Positions 35,712 to 45,003 of a stretch of DNA of 64,000 nucleotides are shown here, in pieces; positions within the stretch are counted from its first letter, which is position 1, and each line of letters opens with the position of its first letter. The stretch covers positions 1-64,000 of the IMG/VR virus record IMGVR_UViG_3300034134_000022; one strand, given 5' to 3'. A program made the position numbers and the translations under genes. This DNA comes from a virus. The notes beneath the pieces were generated by a model. That model searched no databases, was not told where the DNA came from, and saw only the letters and a program-made list of their open reading frames with translations.

Positions 35712-36638
35712 GTGGCAAAGTATCTTTTCTGCAATAGCGCAGGAAACGCGGCAGAGGCGATCGCGCTGGCGCTTTCGAGCGGCGTGGCAAGTGCAGATCA
35801 AATTGTGGGGACAGATGCTGTCGGGCAACTTGATAATTCGTTGATTAAGTGGGCATCGCCTGGGGCGATCGGGTCTGTGGTGGCAAGCACGATCAAGGGT
35901 ACAACAGGCACTTTTACGGGTCTTAATTTAGGTGCTAGTGGTGCTTTGTATGCTGGGGATGCAAATAACAGCTACACGCCGGGCAGCGGCGCGCTAAAAA
36001 ACTACACAGGTCTTTTTTCGATTATTAACAGCGGTACGGCAACAACCTTAGTGCAGCTTGATGGCACTCGTTTTATTTGCGGCATTTTTGGCAGTGCCCA
36101 AGTTGCCGGAAGATCTGTCAATCAAGCAGGCGGCTCATTTGGTAGGGATTTGCTTGTTAAAGGCGGCAACTCCGAGAGCGCGGCAGGAGTTGTTGGCGTT
36201 GGTGGTAGCCTCACGCTTGAAAACGGTTTACCGACAGGTGGAGCGTCAGCGGGGCGCATTATTTTCAAAACCTACGCAGCAGCCGGGACTACCTCAACCG
36301 AGGTTGCTGCGTTCAGCGCTGCGGGAGCTTTTACGGCTAATGTTTCGCTGCAAATTGGCAGCAGTGGAACACCATTACTCAAACTGTTGAGCGCGATCGC
36401 TACCCTCGACTTCCCTAGCATCCCGGCTCAAGCCTCTGCTGACCTCACGATCACCGTCACTGGATCAGCCATCAACGACTTTGTTCAGCTTGGCTTACCT
36501 GCCAGCCCTGCCAGTGGCATTAATTTTCAGGCGTTTGTGAGTGCAGCAAATACGGTCACGGTGAGGGCTGCCAATTACACAGCCGCCGCGATCGATCCTG
36601 CTTCTGCTTCCTATCGCGTCTCCGTTATGGGTTTCTAA
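35712..36638 (+). CDS. tail fibre-like Gly/Ala-rich protein
   Basis: 308 aa, GTG start. Contains VGTDAVGQLDNSLIKW. Gly/Ala/Ser/Thr-rich beta-type sequence. Confidence 0.45.
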   Translation: MAKYLFCNSAGNAAEAIALALSSGVASADQIVGTDAVGQLDNSLIKWASPGAIGSVVASTIKGTTGTFTGLNLGASGALYAGDANNSYTPGSGALKNYTGLFSIINSGTATTLVQLDGTRFICGIFGSAQVAGRSVNQAGGSFGRDLLVKGGNSESAAGVVGVGGSLTLENGLPTGGASAGRIIFKTYAAAGTTSTEVAAFSAAGAFTANVSLQIGSSGTPLLKLLSAIATLDFPSIPAQASADLTITVTGSAINDFVQLGLPASPASGINFQAFVSAANTVTVRAANYTAAAIDPASASYRVSVMGF

Positions 36639-36641
36639 ACT

Positions 36642-37244
36642 ATGGCTATCACCATCACTTCTCCTCAAGCATTACAAATCGATGGACAAAACTATGGCAA
36701 TGTAGCAGACGCGATCGCCAATAATCGGCAACTGGCAGGCGATATTCAACTCGCGCTCAATGCCTGGTATCTGGCACTTCAAGCAGAACAGCAGCAAGCG
36801 CTAGAGATACAGCAAACGCAGCATGAGACAGAGACGGCAGAGTTGCGATCGCAGCTTGCTGGCCTGCCCACATTGCAATCTGAGAACGAGGCACTTAAGC
36901 AACAGGTGCGATCACTAGAAGCTCAGCTAGACGAACTACTACACCCACCCCAGCCCACACAAAGCTATTTAGGTTTTTATCAGGGCTTGCTGACTGAAGG
37001 GCTAAATCTTTTTATGTTTGTGCGGTCGATCGCGGATCTCAATCTGCCTGTGAGCAACGCTTACACTGATTTAATGGGCAGCATCATGTTTCAACAGTTT
37101 GCAGGCTTTCAGTCATCCATCACAATTCTGTTTGCCGCACTGAAGGGGGCAGGCTATGAATTTTCGGAACCGCAAGTGGCTCAGATGCGGTTGCTGCTGG
37201 ATCAACATGGCTTTGCCAACGTCATGTTTCCGTTAGGTCTTTGA
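36642..37244 (+). CDS. hypothetical coiled-coil protein (last gene of the late block)
   Basis: 200 aa with a central heptad region QQQALEIQQTQHETETAELRSQL... Confidence 0.45.
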   Translation: MAITITSPQALQIDGQNYGNVADAIANNRQLAGDIQLALNAWYLALQAEQQQALEIQQTQHETETAELRSQLAGLPTLQSENEALKQQVRSLEAQLDELLHPPQPTQSYLGFYQGLLTEGLNLFMFVRSIADLNLPVSNAYTDLMGSIMFQQFAGFQSSITILFAALKGAGYEFSEPQVAQMRLLLDQHGFANVMFPLGL

Positions 37245-37426
37245 TTGTTCTAAGTTGATCGCGGCTGCAAAAACAGAACGGATAGTTTCGTTTGTGATCG
37301 AATTAATTGATCAATTAACTCAATTTAAAACCTTAAAAAACTCTCACAGTACGGGGCTGCGAGAGCGGTAGGAATATTCATCTACAGGTCTATTAAACTA
37401 ATTTTAAATGCTGCTCAATTAAGCAT

Positions 37427-37455
37427 AAAAAAACAGCACTAGAAAATTAGTGCTG
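37427..37455 (-). terminator. Rho-independent terminator of the leftward operon
   Basis: On the - strand: CAGCACTA, 6-nt loop, TAGTGCTG, followed by TTTTTTT. Lies 20 nt past the stop of 37475..39811. Confidence 0.55.
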
Positions 37456-37474
37456 CAATAGAAAATGATTAAAC

Positions 37475-39811
37475 TTAAGGCAATTGTCGATCGATTGCGT
37501 CCAACGTCTTCTGCAATTGTTTGATTGTCCGTCTGCGCTCGAAGCGTTGCTGCCAATCGTTGTATGTGTCGGATTCATTAGTGCCAGCTTGAAGCGATTT
37601 CACCAGTTTGCCCGATGAATTAGTAAAAATCGCATCGCGGTGCCAAATCGTATAGTAATAACCTCCGTTAGACGGATACGTCACTTTTTCGGCGCGATCG
37701 CCCTTGCCAACAGTCTTTATTTTTCGATAACGCTTCCACTCGGCTCCCGCTGGTGCCACTGGTCCCGACTGCCTGATCTGCTCAATTTCAATGAGTAGTG
37801 CTTCCCGTTGCTGGTGCAGTGCTGTTTCTGTAGAGGTGGTGCCGCAGTGCTGCGATGCAAGATAGGCGAGTGACTCCGGCGTTGCTCGTTCATATAGTCT
37901 GAGGTTGTGCCGGGGATAGGCGAAGAGTAGCCCCTGGTAATCGATTTCGATTTCAAAGCTGGGCAGGGTGCGATAGACGGTGACGATCGCCTCATACAGG
38001 TCATCATCTGCCAGCACCTGCACTATGTCGCCAGGTTCAAGCGTGACAGTGAACGCCTCGTCCCGGTCGGCTGGGACAGGCTGAATGTAAGGATCATCCT
38101 CAATCCGATAGCCTAGCTCCTCGTCGTAAAAGAAGGTGTTGTCTTCTCGAAAGGCACCAAAAATGGAGATGGCATGAACCGTGAAGGTTTCGCCATAGCA
38201 AGGATGATCCGGTGCTGTGACAACAACAGACTCTCCCCGGCTGGCAATTTGCACAGGTTGAGTGGGATAAGGCAGCGGGTCGCGCTTGGGCACTTTGCGA
38301 AACCGTTGTACCTGATCTTTCTTGTCTGCAAACTGCTCTCCCCGATAGCGGATACGCAAGAACCCTTTGTCAAATATCTGAACCACTTCACCCCGTCGGC
38401 GTTGTTGCTCTGGCAGGGCTTCACCGCTCTCGCTCAGGTAGAGTTCGACAAAATCACCGATCGCTAAAATGTCCGGTTCTGAAGGCAAGACTTCCAAAAT
38501 GTTGGTTCTGAAAACAGTCGTAGTCCCTCGATGGATGCCGTTAACTGGGTAAGCCGAATGGTAAAAACTGTGGATCTGCTCTATGGGCGGCAATGGGCAA
38601 GCATACTCAAGTCCCATCTGATGGGGCATTACGTCTGGCAAAAGACAAACTTTGCCATGTGTGCCGTTAGATTCGATCGGCACGATGACCCCTGTTGCCT
38701 CGCGCAGCTCTCCAAAACAGTTCAGGAGTGTGCGAACACGATCGCCCACTTTGAAATCACCTACCAATTCGGACTTGAGCAGCTCCGAAATCTGCTCTAA
38801 TTGCCTTCCATAAAACTTTAGTGATGCACCGTTGTCCAACTCAACTTTATAAAGGCTCTTGGGTAAAACCTCGCTAATTGCTCCTTGATCACCGGCTGCA
38901 ATTTCAACCCTTTTGCTGTGAAGGTCTTTCCCTTTCCAGTTCTTTATAACCGCGACACGATCGCCCATTTTTAATTCAGCAAGTACCGATCGTCCTCCAA
39001 CTTCACTGATTGCCTTTGTTCCAGCACCGACAGTTGACTCGTCACATCCGTTGCTGGTAAATGCTTCAACTGCTGTTGCAACTCCTCCAGAGTGCATGGT
39101 TTCCGACGCAGTAGGTTCATTAAGACGATTCGTATGCGCTGTGCTGTTGTATCGTCCATCGTGCTTTGCCTCTTGGTAAGTGCCGAGCTGTTTGAGATAG
39201 TCCTGAAGGTGATTGGATGCAGCGATCGCGGCTTCCCTGAGCGATTGAAACTGCTCCCATGCGGCATCGTCTGGACAGACAAACATATCCGTCTGCAACT
39301 GGATACTCTCACCAAATCCATCAACCCAGTAACGCAGCATTTTAGGCGTATGGGCAGTGATGCTTGTTCGACTTATGTAGAGATTAAGTTGAAAGGGAAA
39401 ATTGAACGTTAAGCCACCTTTATCGGTATCAGGGTCTTTGCAGCAAATTACGCTTTGGGTTAGTGGATTAGGAGCCTTTTTAATACCTCCAGCTTCACTT
39501 AGCCGCTGGCTGTAGCTGCCTAGCCTTCGCAGATAGATAGCAATCGTATTCAGAGATTCTCGAAAAACCCGTAGCCGACCGTTGACCTCATCCCATTCCT
39601 GATCGCTAGGGACGCAGTAACACTTGTGCTGCCACAGGTTTTTACCCGCAGAACCAAACTGCACCCGAAGCTGCTTTGGCGTTTCAGAAAGTACCTGCCA
39701 GCGGGTGAGTCCAGGAAGTTGGTAATAGTGAGTGCGATCGCCAATCACTATTACCCAAGGCACGATCATCGGTGCTGACTTTCGTTCTGTGGGTGGGGCT
39801 GCAATGTTCAC
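37475..39811 (-). CDS. large protein of unknown function with duplicated N-terminal modules and several SH3/Tudor/KOW-like repeats
   Basis: 778 aa. Internal duplication: VPSDQEWDEV...LRRLGSYSQ versus VCPDDAAWEQ...LKQLGTYQE. Recurrent GD(R/F/I)V modules: MGDRVAVIKNW, VGDRVRTLLN, IGDFVELYL, PGDIVQVLAD. Confidence 0.6.
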   Translation of the reverse strand: MNIAAPPTERKSAPMIVPWVIVIGDRTHYYQLPGLTRWQVLSETPKQLRVQFGSAGKNLWQHKCYCVPSDQEWDEVNGRLRVFRESLNTIAIYLRRLGSYSQRLSEAGGIKKAPNPLTQSVICCKDPDTDKGGLTFNFPFQLNLYISRTSITAHTPKMLRYWVDGFGESIQLQTDMFVCPDDAAWEQFQSLREAAIAASNHLQDYLKQLGTYQEAKHDGRYNSTAHTNRLNEPTASETMHSGGVATAVEAFTSNGCDESTVGAGTKAISEVGGRSVLAELKMGDRVAVIKNWKGKDLHSKRVEIAAGDQGAISEVLPKSLYKVELDNGASLKFYGRQLEQISELLKSELVGDFKVGDRVRTLLNCFGELREATGVIVPIESNGTHGKVCLLPDVMPHQMGLEYACPLPPIEQIHSFYHSAYPVNGIHRGTTTVFRTNILEVLPSEPDILAIGDFVELYLSESGEALPEQQRRRGEVVQIFDKGFLRIRYRGEQFADKKDQVQRFRKVPKRDPLPYPTQPVQIASRGESVVVTAPDHPCYGETFTVHAISIFGAFREDNTFFYDEELGYRIEDDPYIQPVPADRDEAFTVTLEPGDIVQVLADDDLYEAIVTVYRTLPSFEIEIDYQGLLFAYPRHNLRLYERATPESLAYLASQHCGTTSTETALHQQREALLIEIEQIRQSGPVAPAGAEWKRYRKIKTVGKGDRAEKVTYPSNGGYYYTIWHRDAIFTNSSGKLVKSLQAGTNESDTYNDWQQRFERRRTIKQLQKTLDAIDRQLP

Positions 39812-40047
39812 TGTTGAGCCTCCTTCGCTGGCAGCACTGTTTTAACTTCAATCCACCCACCCACCATCACGGTGCGAGGTTTGCGTTGCCGACCGACTGG
39901 CGGCACTGTTTCAGTCTCAAAGTAAAACTTGTTGTGAATCTGCCTGTAAACGCTTTTAGCAATGCGATCATTCCAGTCTTGCTCACGCTCAAAGTCAGCC
40001 TCTGCACCTTCTAACACCACTTCGATTAACACTCTGCGCGTTGCCAT
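39808..40047 (-). CDS. hypothetical protein
   Basis: 79 aa, 4-nt overlap with the downstream gene. Confidence 0.45.
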   Translation of the reverse strand: MATRRVLIEVVLEGAEADFEREQDWNDRIAKSVYRQIHNKFYFETETVPPVGRQRKPRTVMVGGWIEVKTVLPAKEAQQ

Positions 40048-40509
40048 TTAGGTAATCTCCTGCCGAATGGGAAGCTGAATTCTGGTTTTGTCTTTGCCGT
40101 GCCCTGCTGGGATAGGGGCTAATAAATCAAACACATTGCGCTGCCCTGTTCGTTCCCGTTTGAGCAGCTTTTTGGTTGCCATTTGGCTCAGGTCGTAGCG
40201 GCAATGACACGGGGCGCAAAGAGCGCGGAGGTTGGATCTGTCGCAATCTTCAGGGCGATGGTTTAAATGTGCGGTGGTGAGGCAGAACCGATTGAAGCGC
40301 AGTTTTAACTCTCCCTTCTCAATCTCGGAAAACTGATGCCACCAGGTAGGGCCATGATCGCGGTAGAGCCTCACCACAAACGCCATGCGTGTTTCGTCTG
40401 GCTTACGGCAGGGGCGCTGGCATGACTCGCATGTCCATTGCGCCTCGCTCTTGATACGAAAGGCGATCTCCTCCCAGTCATCGGGGTAAAGGTGGCGCTG
40501 CATTGCCAT
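40048..40509 (-). CDS. HNH endonuclease
   Basis: CESCQRPC...TTAHLNHRPEDCDRSNLRALCAPCHCRYD. The start was moved to ATG 40509 (MAMQRHLY), 1 nt after the upstream stop. Confidence 0.7.
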   Translation of the reverse strand: MAMQRHLYPDDWEEIAFRIKSEAQWTCESCQRPCRKPDETRMAFVVRLYRDHGPTWWHQFSEIEKGELKLRFNRFCLTTAHLNHRPEDCDRSNLRALCAPCHCRYDLSQMATKKLLKRERTGQRNVFDLLAPIPAGHGKDKTRIQLPIRQEIT

Positions 40510-40510
40510 C

Positions 40511-40924
40511 TCAGTTACCCTCCGTATGCCAGTCAGCGGGTAAGGGCAGGTTTTGTTGGAGCCATTGCTGGCTGGAGTAATCAAACCAGAGGCGAATGCC
40601 AATATCACTGCCCAGCAACTGCACCCGATCGCAAGCAGTCAGGGCTTTGCAATGGCTTGCAATTTCCACCAGTTGATCCCAGTAGCGCGGTTGTGCGAGC
40701 AGAGTTGCACCAGAAGACAAAATCACCAGCGCGGGCACTTGCCAGCGATCGGCGACCTCGAGTTCGCCAAAGTACCAAACTTTGGAGCACGTCAGCACAT
40801 CCTTAGTCGCTTGGGAAAGGCTTAACCAAAGCTGTTCGAGCACAAAGACATCAAAATTCCGATCGTTGAGCAGTTGTTGATGCACCGATCGCCGAAAGGC
40901 ATCAGGCATCAGGTTAATGTCCAT
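40511..40924 (-). CDS. hypothetical protein
   Basis: The internal start MDINLMP overlaps the upstream stop. Track ORF is 40511..40999. Confidence 0.45.
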   Translation of the reverse strand: MDINLMPDAFRRSVHQQLLNDRNFDVFVLEQLWLSLSQATKDVLTCSKVWYFGELEVADRWQVPALVILSSGATLLAQPRYWDQLVEIASHCKALTACDRVQLLGSDIGIRLWFDYSSQQWLQQNLPLPADWHTEGN

Positions 40925-41282
40925 CGTTAAGCTCCTCTGTAAAAGCGATGGTGCCGTTAAAAAAGTTTGCCAACTCCTGTGCAGCCGACACCACTTCACT
41001 GGGCAGCTCTACCCTGGAACGGCGTTGCCCATCTGTGGCAATAAAACCGTTGCTGCAAGGGATGAGCGTGAGTTCTGCCTGAGCTGTGATCAGCCGCGCT
41101 CCTGCTTGCACATCCTCTAGCGAAAAGCGATCGCACTCATCGACGGGGTAGTCTTTGCCTGTGGGGTCGAGCAATACTAATTGCCCGTGCATTCGTCCAC
41201 GTTTGGCAGGTTGAAAAACGGTCTTGGTTGGTTGATGACAGGCGAAGATGTGTGGTTGTACCCAATCAGGAAAAGCATTCAT
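40914..41282 (-). CDS. hypothetical protein
   Basis: 122-aa ORF in the coupled early operon. Confidence 0.5.
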   Translation of the reverse strand: MNAFPDWVQPHIFACHQPTKTVFQPAKRGRMHGQLVLLDPTGKDYPVDECDRFSLEDVQAGARLITAQAELTLIPCSNGFIATDGQRRSRVELPSEVVSAAQELANFFNGTIAFTEELNDGH

Positions 41283-41482
41283 GGTTTGCTCTTTCTCCCT
41301 CTGTCGTACCAGTACGGACTCATCAAAAACCGTCTGAAAGCATCCATTGCTTCAAGGCTCTTCAGGCATTGAGCCATTGCTCGATCAAGTAGCCACAAAG
41401 CCAGTAAAAGCAAAACCACCACCCCAATAGTGGCAATGGCATAGCTGGCTATCTGATTGCAGAGGTAGAAATAGCTGCTCAT
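41279..41482 (-). CDS. small membrane protein
   Basis: 67 aa with a hydrophobic helix (IASYAIATIGVVVLLLLALWLL). Confidence 0.45.
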   Translation of the reverse strand: MSSYFYLCNQIASYAIATIGVVVLLLLALWLLDRAMAQCLKSLEAMDAFRRFLMSPYWYDRGRKSKP

Positions 41483-41703
41483 GATGGAAGATCCACCTCT
41501 TTGGCTAAAACAAGTTCGTGCGGACCATCAACAACATCCAAATCCGCAAACTCTAATTCAAGTGCTTCAGGTGTTAAGTGGAAAACTTTATCGAAAGCCG
41601 CCGCGTGAATTTCGGCGGGTTCAGCATTACTAGGGACTGGAATGCCAATAGTGCGGTCACATTGGTAAGTAAGCCGAACTGTGACGCGAGAGTATTCAGT
41701 CAT
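41479..41703 (-). CDS. hypothetical protein
   Basis: The start MTEYSRV at 41703 overlaps the upstream stop by 8 nt. Confidence 0.45.
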   Translation of the reverse strand: MTEYSRVTVRLTYQCDRTIGIPVPSNAEPAEIHAAAFDKVFHLTPEALELEFADLDVVDGPHELVLAKEVDLPS

Positions 41704-41977
41704 TGCGATCGCCTCCCTTGCCAAAACCCCTATTACGGCGGCGATCGTAGTCTGCTGTTGCTTGCTCAAGGTAGGCTTTGCACTCCTGATACGCCTCCTC
41801 AAAAATCGCCGCACCTTCCTCTTCACTTGCCTCATCAGGTATTGCTTCCAGGATCGCTAAGAGTGTCGCCGCACCCATATAAAAGGCTTTCTTCATCTCT
41901 TCGCGCTGCATTCGCGGAGCACCTGTCAGCGATAGCTTTTCAAATTCCTGCCATCGAGGGAGTAAACGTTTAGCCAT
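41696..41977 (-). CDS. hypothetical protein
   Basis: The start MAKRLLPRW at 41977 overlaps the upstream stop. Confidence 0.45.
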   Translation of the reverse strand: MAKRLLPRWQEFEKLSLTGAPRMQREEMKKAFYMGAATLLAILEAIPDEASEEEGAAIFEEAYQECKAYLEQATADYDRRRNRGFGKGGDRND

Positions 41978-42461
41978 TGCGATCGCCTCCTTTCTGTGCC
42001 GTTTCAAGCGCTGCCTGCATCGCCATCAGGTCGTGATATTGGTGGCAGATACCGCAGTAGCGATGGAGTCGATCGTTTGAGTTGTAGCTGGTGCGACCGC
42101 ACACGGGGCAGGTAATAGATGGCTCTGGGTCGATGCCTGCCATTTGCTGAAGCTTGCCCCAGCACTTATCTCGGTTGATGGGTTTGTATTCGTAGTGCGG
42201 AAACTCGCGCTCAAGCTGCGAGGGCGCGATCGTTTCGGGATAGCGCTCCAAAATAACTGCCACGGTTGCCAGCAGTATCAACACAAAGCCAGGATCATCG
42301 CCCGCGCAATAGTCCAGGGTGTACCAAGCGTCGCTAACCCTGCTTAAACTGACGCGCACACCAAACATCATCGCCCGCAGCCCAAATTCCCAGAGCCCCT
42401 GCTCGGACACGAAGCGGCGAAGGAGAAAATTTTCGTTGGGAGTGGTAAGGGTGAACTTCAT
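41970..42461 (-). CDS. hypothetical protein with C-terminal zinc ribbon
   Basis: CPVCGRTSYNSNDRLHRYCGICHQYH. The start MKFTLTT (42461) makes an ATGA overlap. Confidence 0.5.
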   Translation of the reverse strand: MKFTLTTPNENFLLRRFVSEQGLWEFGLRAMMFGVRVSLSRVSDAWYTLDYCAGDDPGFVLILLATVAVILERYPETIAPSQLEREFPHYEYKPINRDKCWGKLQQMAGIDPEPSITCPVCGRTSYNSNDRLHRYCGICHQYHDLMAMQAALETAQKGGDRNG

Positions 42462-42640
42462 GAGCGATCGCTCCTTCCATCGCGTTTCCACTGCTCTTCT
42501 AAATCAATCCGAATCGCATTAACTAAGGCAGTTTCAACGGCTGCGTAAAGCTTTGCTGCCCTTGCTTCAGATGTAGCAGTAATGCGAATGTCGATGATTT
42601 TGCCGTCGCGTCCCATAAAAATGCGATTTTTCTCAGTCAT
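42458..42640 (-). CDS. small hypothetical protein
   Basis: The start MTEKNRIF (42640) lies 4 nt after the upstream stop. Confidence 0.4.
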   Translation of the reverse strand: MTEKNRIFMGRDGKIIDIRITATSEARAAKLYAAVETALVNAIRIDLEEQWKRDGRSDRS

Positions 42641-42644
42641 GGCT

Positions 42645-42974
42645 CTATTCCTCGTCTGGTCGGTCATACAGCTCGTCATCCCAGGCGTTTTCAGCCTCGA
42701 TCGCGTCAAACTCTTCACTGGTCACGTCAAACTCTGGATGCCAGCCTTGCTCCAGCGCTGCCGCGATCGTTGGATCAAGTTCACCGAGCCGCTGCTGAAA
42801 GGCGATCGCTGCTTCGCGTGCCATTTCTGAACTCTGCCCACGATTGCCGGGATGCCGCAGAGCGAGTTGCACGGTGCCTACTAGGACAAAGAGATAGATG
42901 GGGTCAAGCTCAAGCGTGATGGGTCCCGCCTCCTTCATCACTTGAGACATCGCCTTGAAATCAGGTGTTTGCAT
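42645..42974 (-). CDS. hypothetical protein
   Basis: 109-aa acidic ORF. Confidence 0.5.
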   Translation of the reverse strand: MQTPDFKAMSQVMKEAGPITLELDPIYLFVLVGTVQLALRHPGNRGQSSEMAREAAIAFQQRLGELDPTIAAALEQGWHPEFDVTSEEFDAIEAENAWDDELYDRPDEE

Positions 42975-43401
42975 CAGTTCCTTCCTTTAACTGCTCGATT
43001 TTGGTTAAACAAAGCACGCACTGCGATTGCAACACGCTGATCATGTGTCGTCGCATTGCCTGTTTCTGTGGGTTAGCCGTGCCGCTAACAGCATCGAGGC
43101 GCTGCAAATCCATGAAGTGCACCATCAGCTTGCGGTAGTAGGCGATATTGTCTTCCTGCCAAGCGATCGCGTGAGCGTTGACAACTGGCTTGGGTGGTTC
43201 GCAGGGTTGAACTGTGGGGCGGTCATGAGGCGTTGCCACATTGCCACGTTCAATCCAAACCAACTTGCCGCCATCATCGTGGTAAACCTTTCCCGGCTTA
43301 TCGTTAGCGATGACGCTTTGCCCATGTTTCAAAGGCGTTACGGGGCTTGACTCTTCCGTTAGCTCTGGCGGTGGCTGGTAGTTCAACAGGCTAAGTTGCA
43401 T
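42961..43401 (-). CDS. hypothetical protein
   Basis: 146-aa ORF overlapping both neighbours. Confidence 0.5.
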   Translation of the reverse strand: MQLSLLNYQPPPELTEESSPVTPLKHGQSVIANDKPGKVYHDDGGKLVWIERGNVATPHDRPTVQPCEPPKPVVNAHAIAWQEDNIAYYRKLMVHFMDLQRLDAVSGTANPQKQAMRRHMISVLQSQCVLCLTKIEQLKEGTDANT

Positions 43402-43771
43402 CGCTTAGTGCCTCCCATTTGATCAGCACACCTTTGAAGGGCAACCCATGCACGTTTTTGAAAAAGCGAAAGCACTCTGCCCAATCATCAAAGCCGTCTG
43501 CAATGGCAATCTGAGTACATTCGTCTCTGGTTAACCAGCGATCATCCATCTTGATACCCAATTCGTAGTGAATTAGCAGCGGTTCAACGCTTTGGCAAAT
43601 GGGATCTGGCGTTAGCAACTTTTGACAGCCTTTTGTCCGCATTCCGGTATAAAGCTGCACGGCTTCGCCTGGTCGTGCGTGACGGCTGCGGCGCTCTGCT
43701 CGAATAGTTTGCAACTTGGTGCCAGCGACCACTAGCGACGCAAATTGTGGTTTGAAGTTATAAGCAACCAT
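43391..43771 (-). CDS. ASCH domain-like protein
   Basis: 126 aa. FKPQFASLVVAGTKLQTIRAERRSRHARPGEAVQLYTG fits the ASCH beta-barrel N-terminal pattern. Confidence 0.45.
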   Translation of the reverse strand: MVAYNFKPQFASLVVAGTKLQTIRAERRSRHARPGEAVQLYTGMRTKGCQKLLTPDPICQSVEPLLIHYELGIKMDDRWLTRDECTQIAIADGFDDWAECFRFFKNVHGLPFKGVLIKWEALSDAT

Positions 43772-44722
43772 CTAAGGCACCTCCTTAAGCGCTAATTGCA
43801 CACGCTTTGCGGTATTGCTTTGCAGCGGAATTTCGCGCACTTGAAGCTCCTCTGGCAGTTCGGTTATGTTGCCGCCCTTTGGATCTTTTAGCGATCGATT
43901 GACTGCGTGGTTTTGGCTGGAGTCGATTGCGTTGGAACCCGTCTGCTTGAAGAAGAACAAAACGCCTGCGGCTTGGCATTGCTCACGTAAAGACCGCGCC
44001 CAATGAAGATCGAACGTACGAGCATCCTTTCCTGACTCGCCACCGCAGATGACCCAATCAATTTTGTTTGTACTATGAGAATTGCCATAGGCATTGCCAT
44101 TTATGTAGCCTGGCATCGGATGTAAGGCGTATAGCCAAGGCTCAATTTGTATGGGTTCTAGCAAAGGTTCAACACTCAAAAATCGAACCTTTGCAGATGT
44201 CTCAAGTAGCAACGGAATACGCTCGTTTGCCTGCTTCTGCCCCTCAACAGTTGTGCCTAACCACACATTATTTGGAGCATTGCCATCAAGCCATGTGCTG
44301 GCTAAGGTACTGGCACCATTATGGGTGTGGCGAACCACCTCATGCAGCCGATCTCTCCAGTTCTCAATCCGCTTGGTCAGTAGAAGCCAGTCGAGGTGAG
44401 ATGTTTGAGCAATCAGGTCTAGCAAGTCTGCTAGCCACTCAATAGGCACCTCGTCATCAAGCCAATCTGCTAACGACGCACAAAAAACACGATCACGCTG
44501 ACCGCTTGCCTGTGCTTTTCGGTTCCACCGTACGGCTTGCTTCCAATAATCCGTTGTTGTGCGACTTCTAGGTTTACCAGCACCCCACTCCACGCGATGA
44601 TACCGACGATCCATCATGTCTCTGGCATAACAGTGAGCGCAGCCAGGTGAGACTTCAGTGCAGCCGATCCAGGGGTTAAAGGTGTGAGTGGTCCACTCAA
44701 TTTTGCTGTTACTTGCCATCAC
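43772..44722 (-). CDS. phage Gp37/Gp68 family protein (DUF5131)
   Basis: SKIEWTTHTFNPWIGCTEVSPGCAHCYA...WLLLTKR...VWLGTTVE...RFLSVEPLLEPI...IDWVICGGESG. Characteristic family signature. Confidence 0.85.
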   Translation of the reverse strand: MMASNSKIEWTTHTFNPWIGCTEVSPGCAHCYARDMMDRRYHRVEWGAGKPRSRTTTDYWKQAVRWNRKAQASGQRDRVFCASLADWLDDEVPIEWLADLLDLIAQTSHLDWLLLTKRIENWRDRLHEVVRHTHNGASTLASTWLDGNAPNNVWLGTTVEGQKQANERIPLLLETSAKVRFLSVEPLLEPIQIEPWLYALHPMPGYINGNAYGNSHSTNKIDWVICGGESGKDARTFDLHWARSLREQCQAAGVLFFFKQTGSNAIDSSQNHAVNRSLKDPKGGNITELPEELQVREIPLQSNTAKRVQLALKEVP

Positions 44723-45003
44723 CTCACCTCCTGAGCGATCGCCCCTAAATCCTGCTCTCTGACTGCTTTGCGATATTCCGCCTCAAGCAAAATCTCTTTG
44801 AGCGTGTAAACCGGGTCGTTGGCTCCGGCTTCATCAGCGAAAAAGTGAAGCTGCTCAACGATCCGGTAGCCCTTTCGCTGTATTACGGTTTGCCTGCAAA
44901 TGCCCAATTCGGGGCAGTCTTCCAAGCGAGTGTGGCGATCGCCGCCGTTGATGTGCATTTTGAGTTGCCAGTAGTAGCTCACTGGGCACCTCCTGTGGGG
45001 CAT
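44719..45003 (-). CDS. hypothetical protein
   Basis: 94-aa ORF. An alternative start is ATG 44958 (MHINGGD). Confidence 0.4.
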   Translation of the reverse strand: MPHRRCPVSYYWQLKMHINGGDRHTRLEDCPELGICRQTVIQRKGYRIVEQLHFFADEAGANDPVYTLKEILLEAEYRKAVREQDLGAIAQEVR

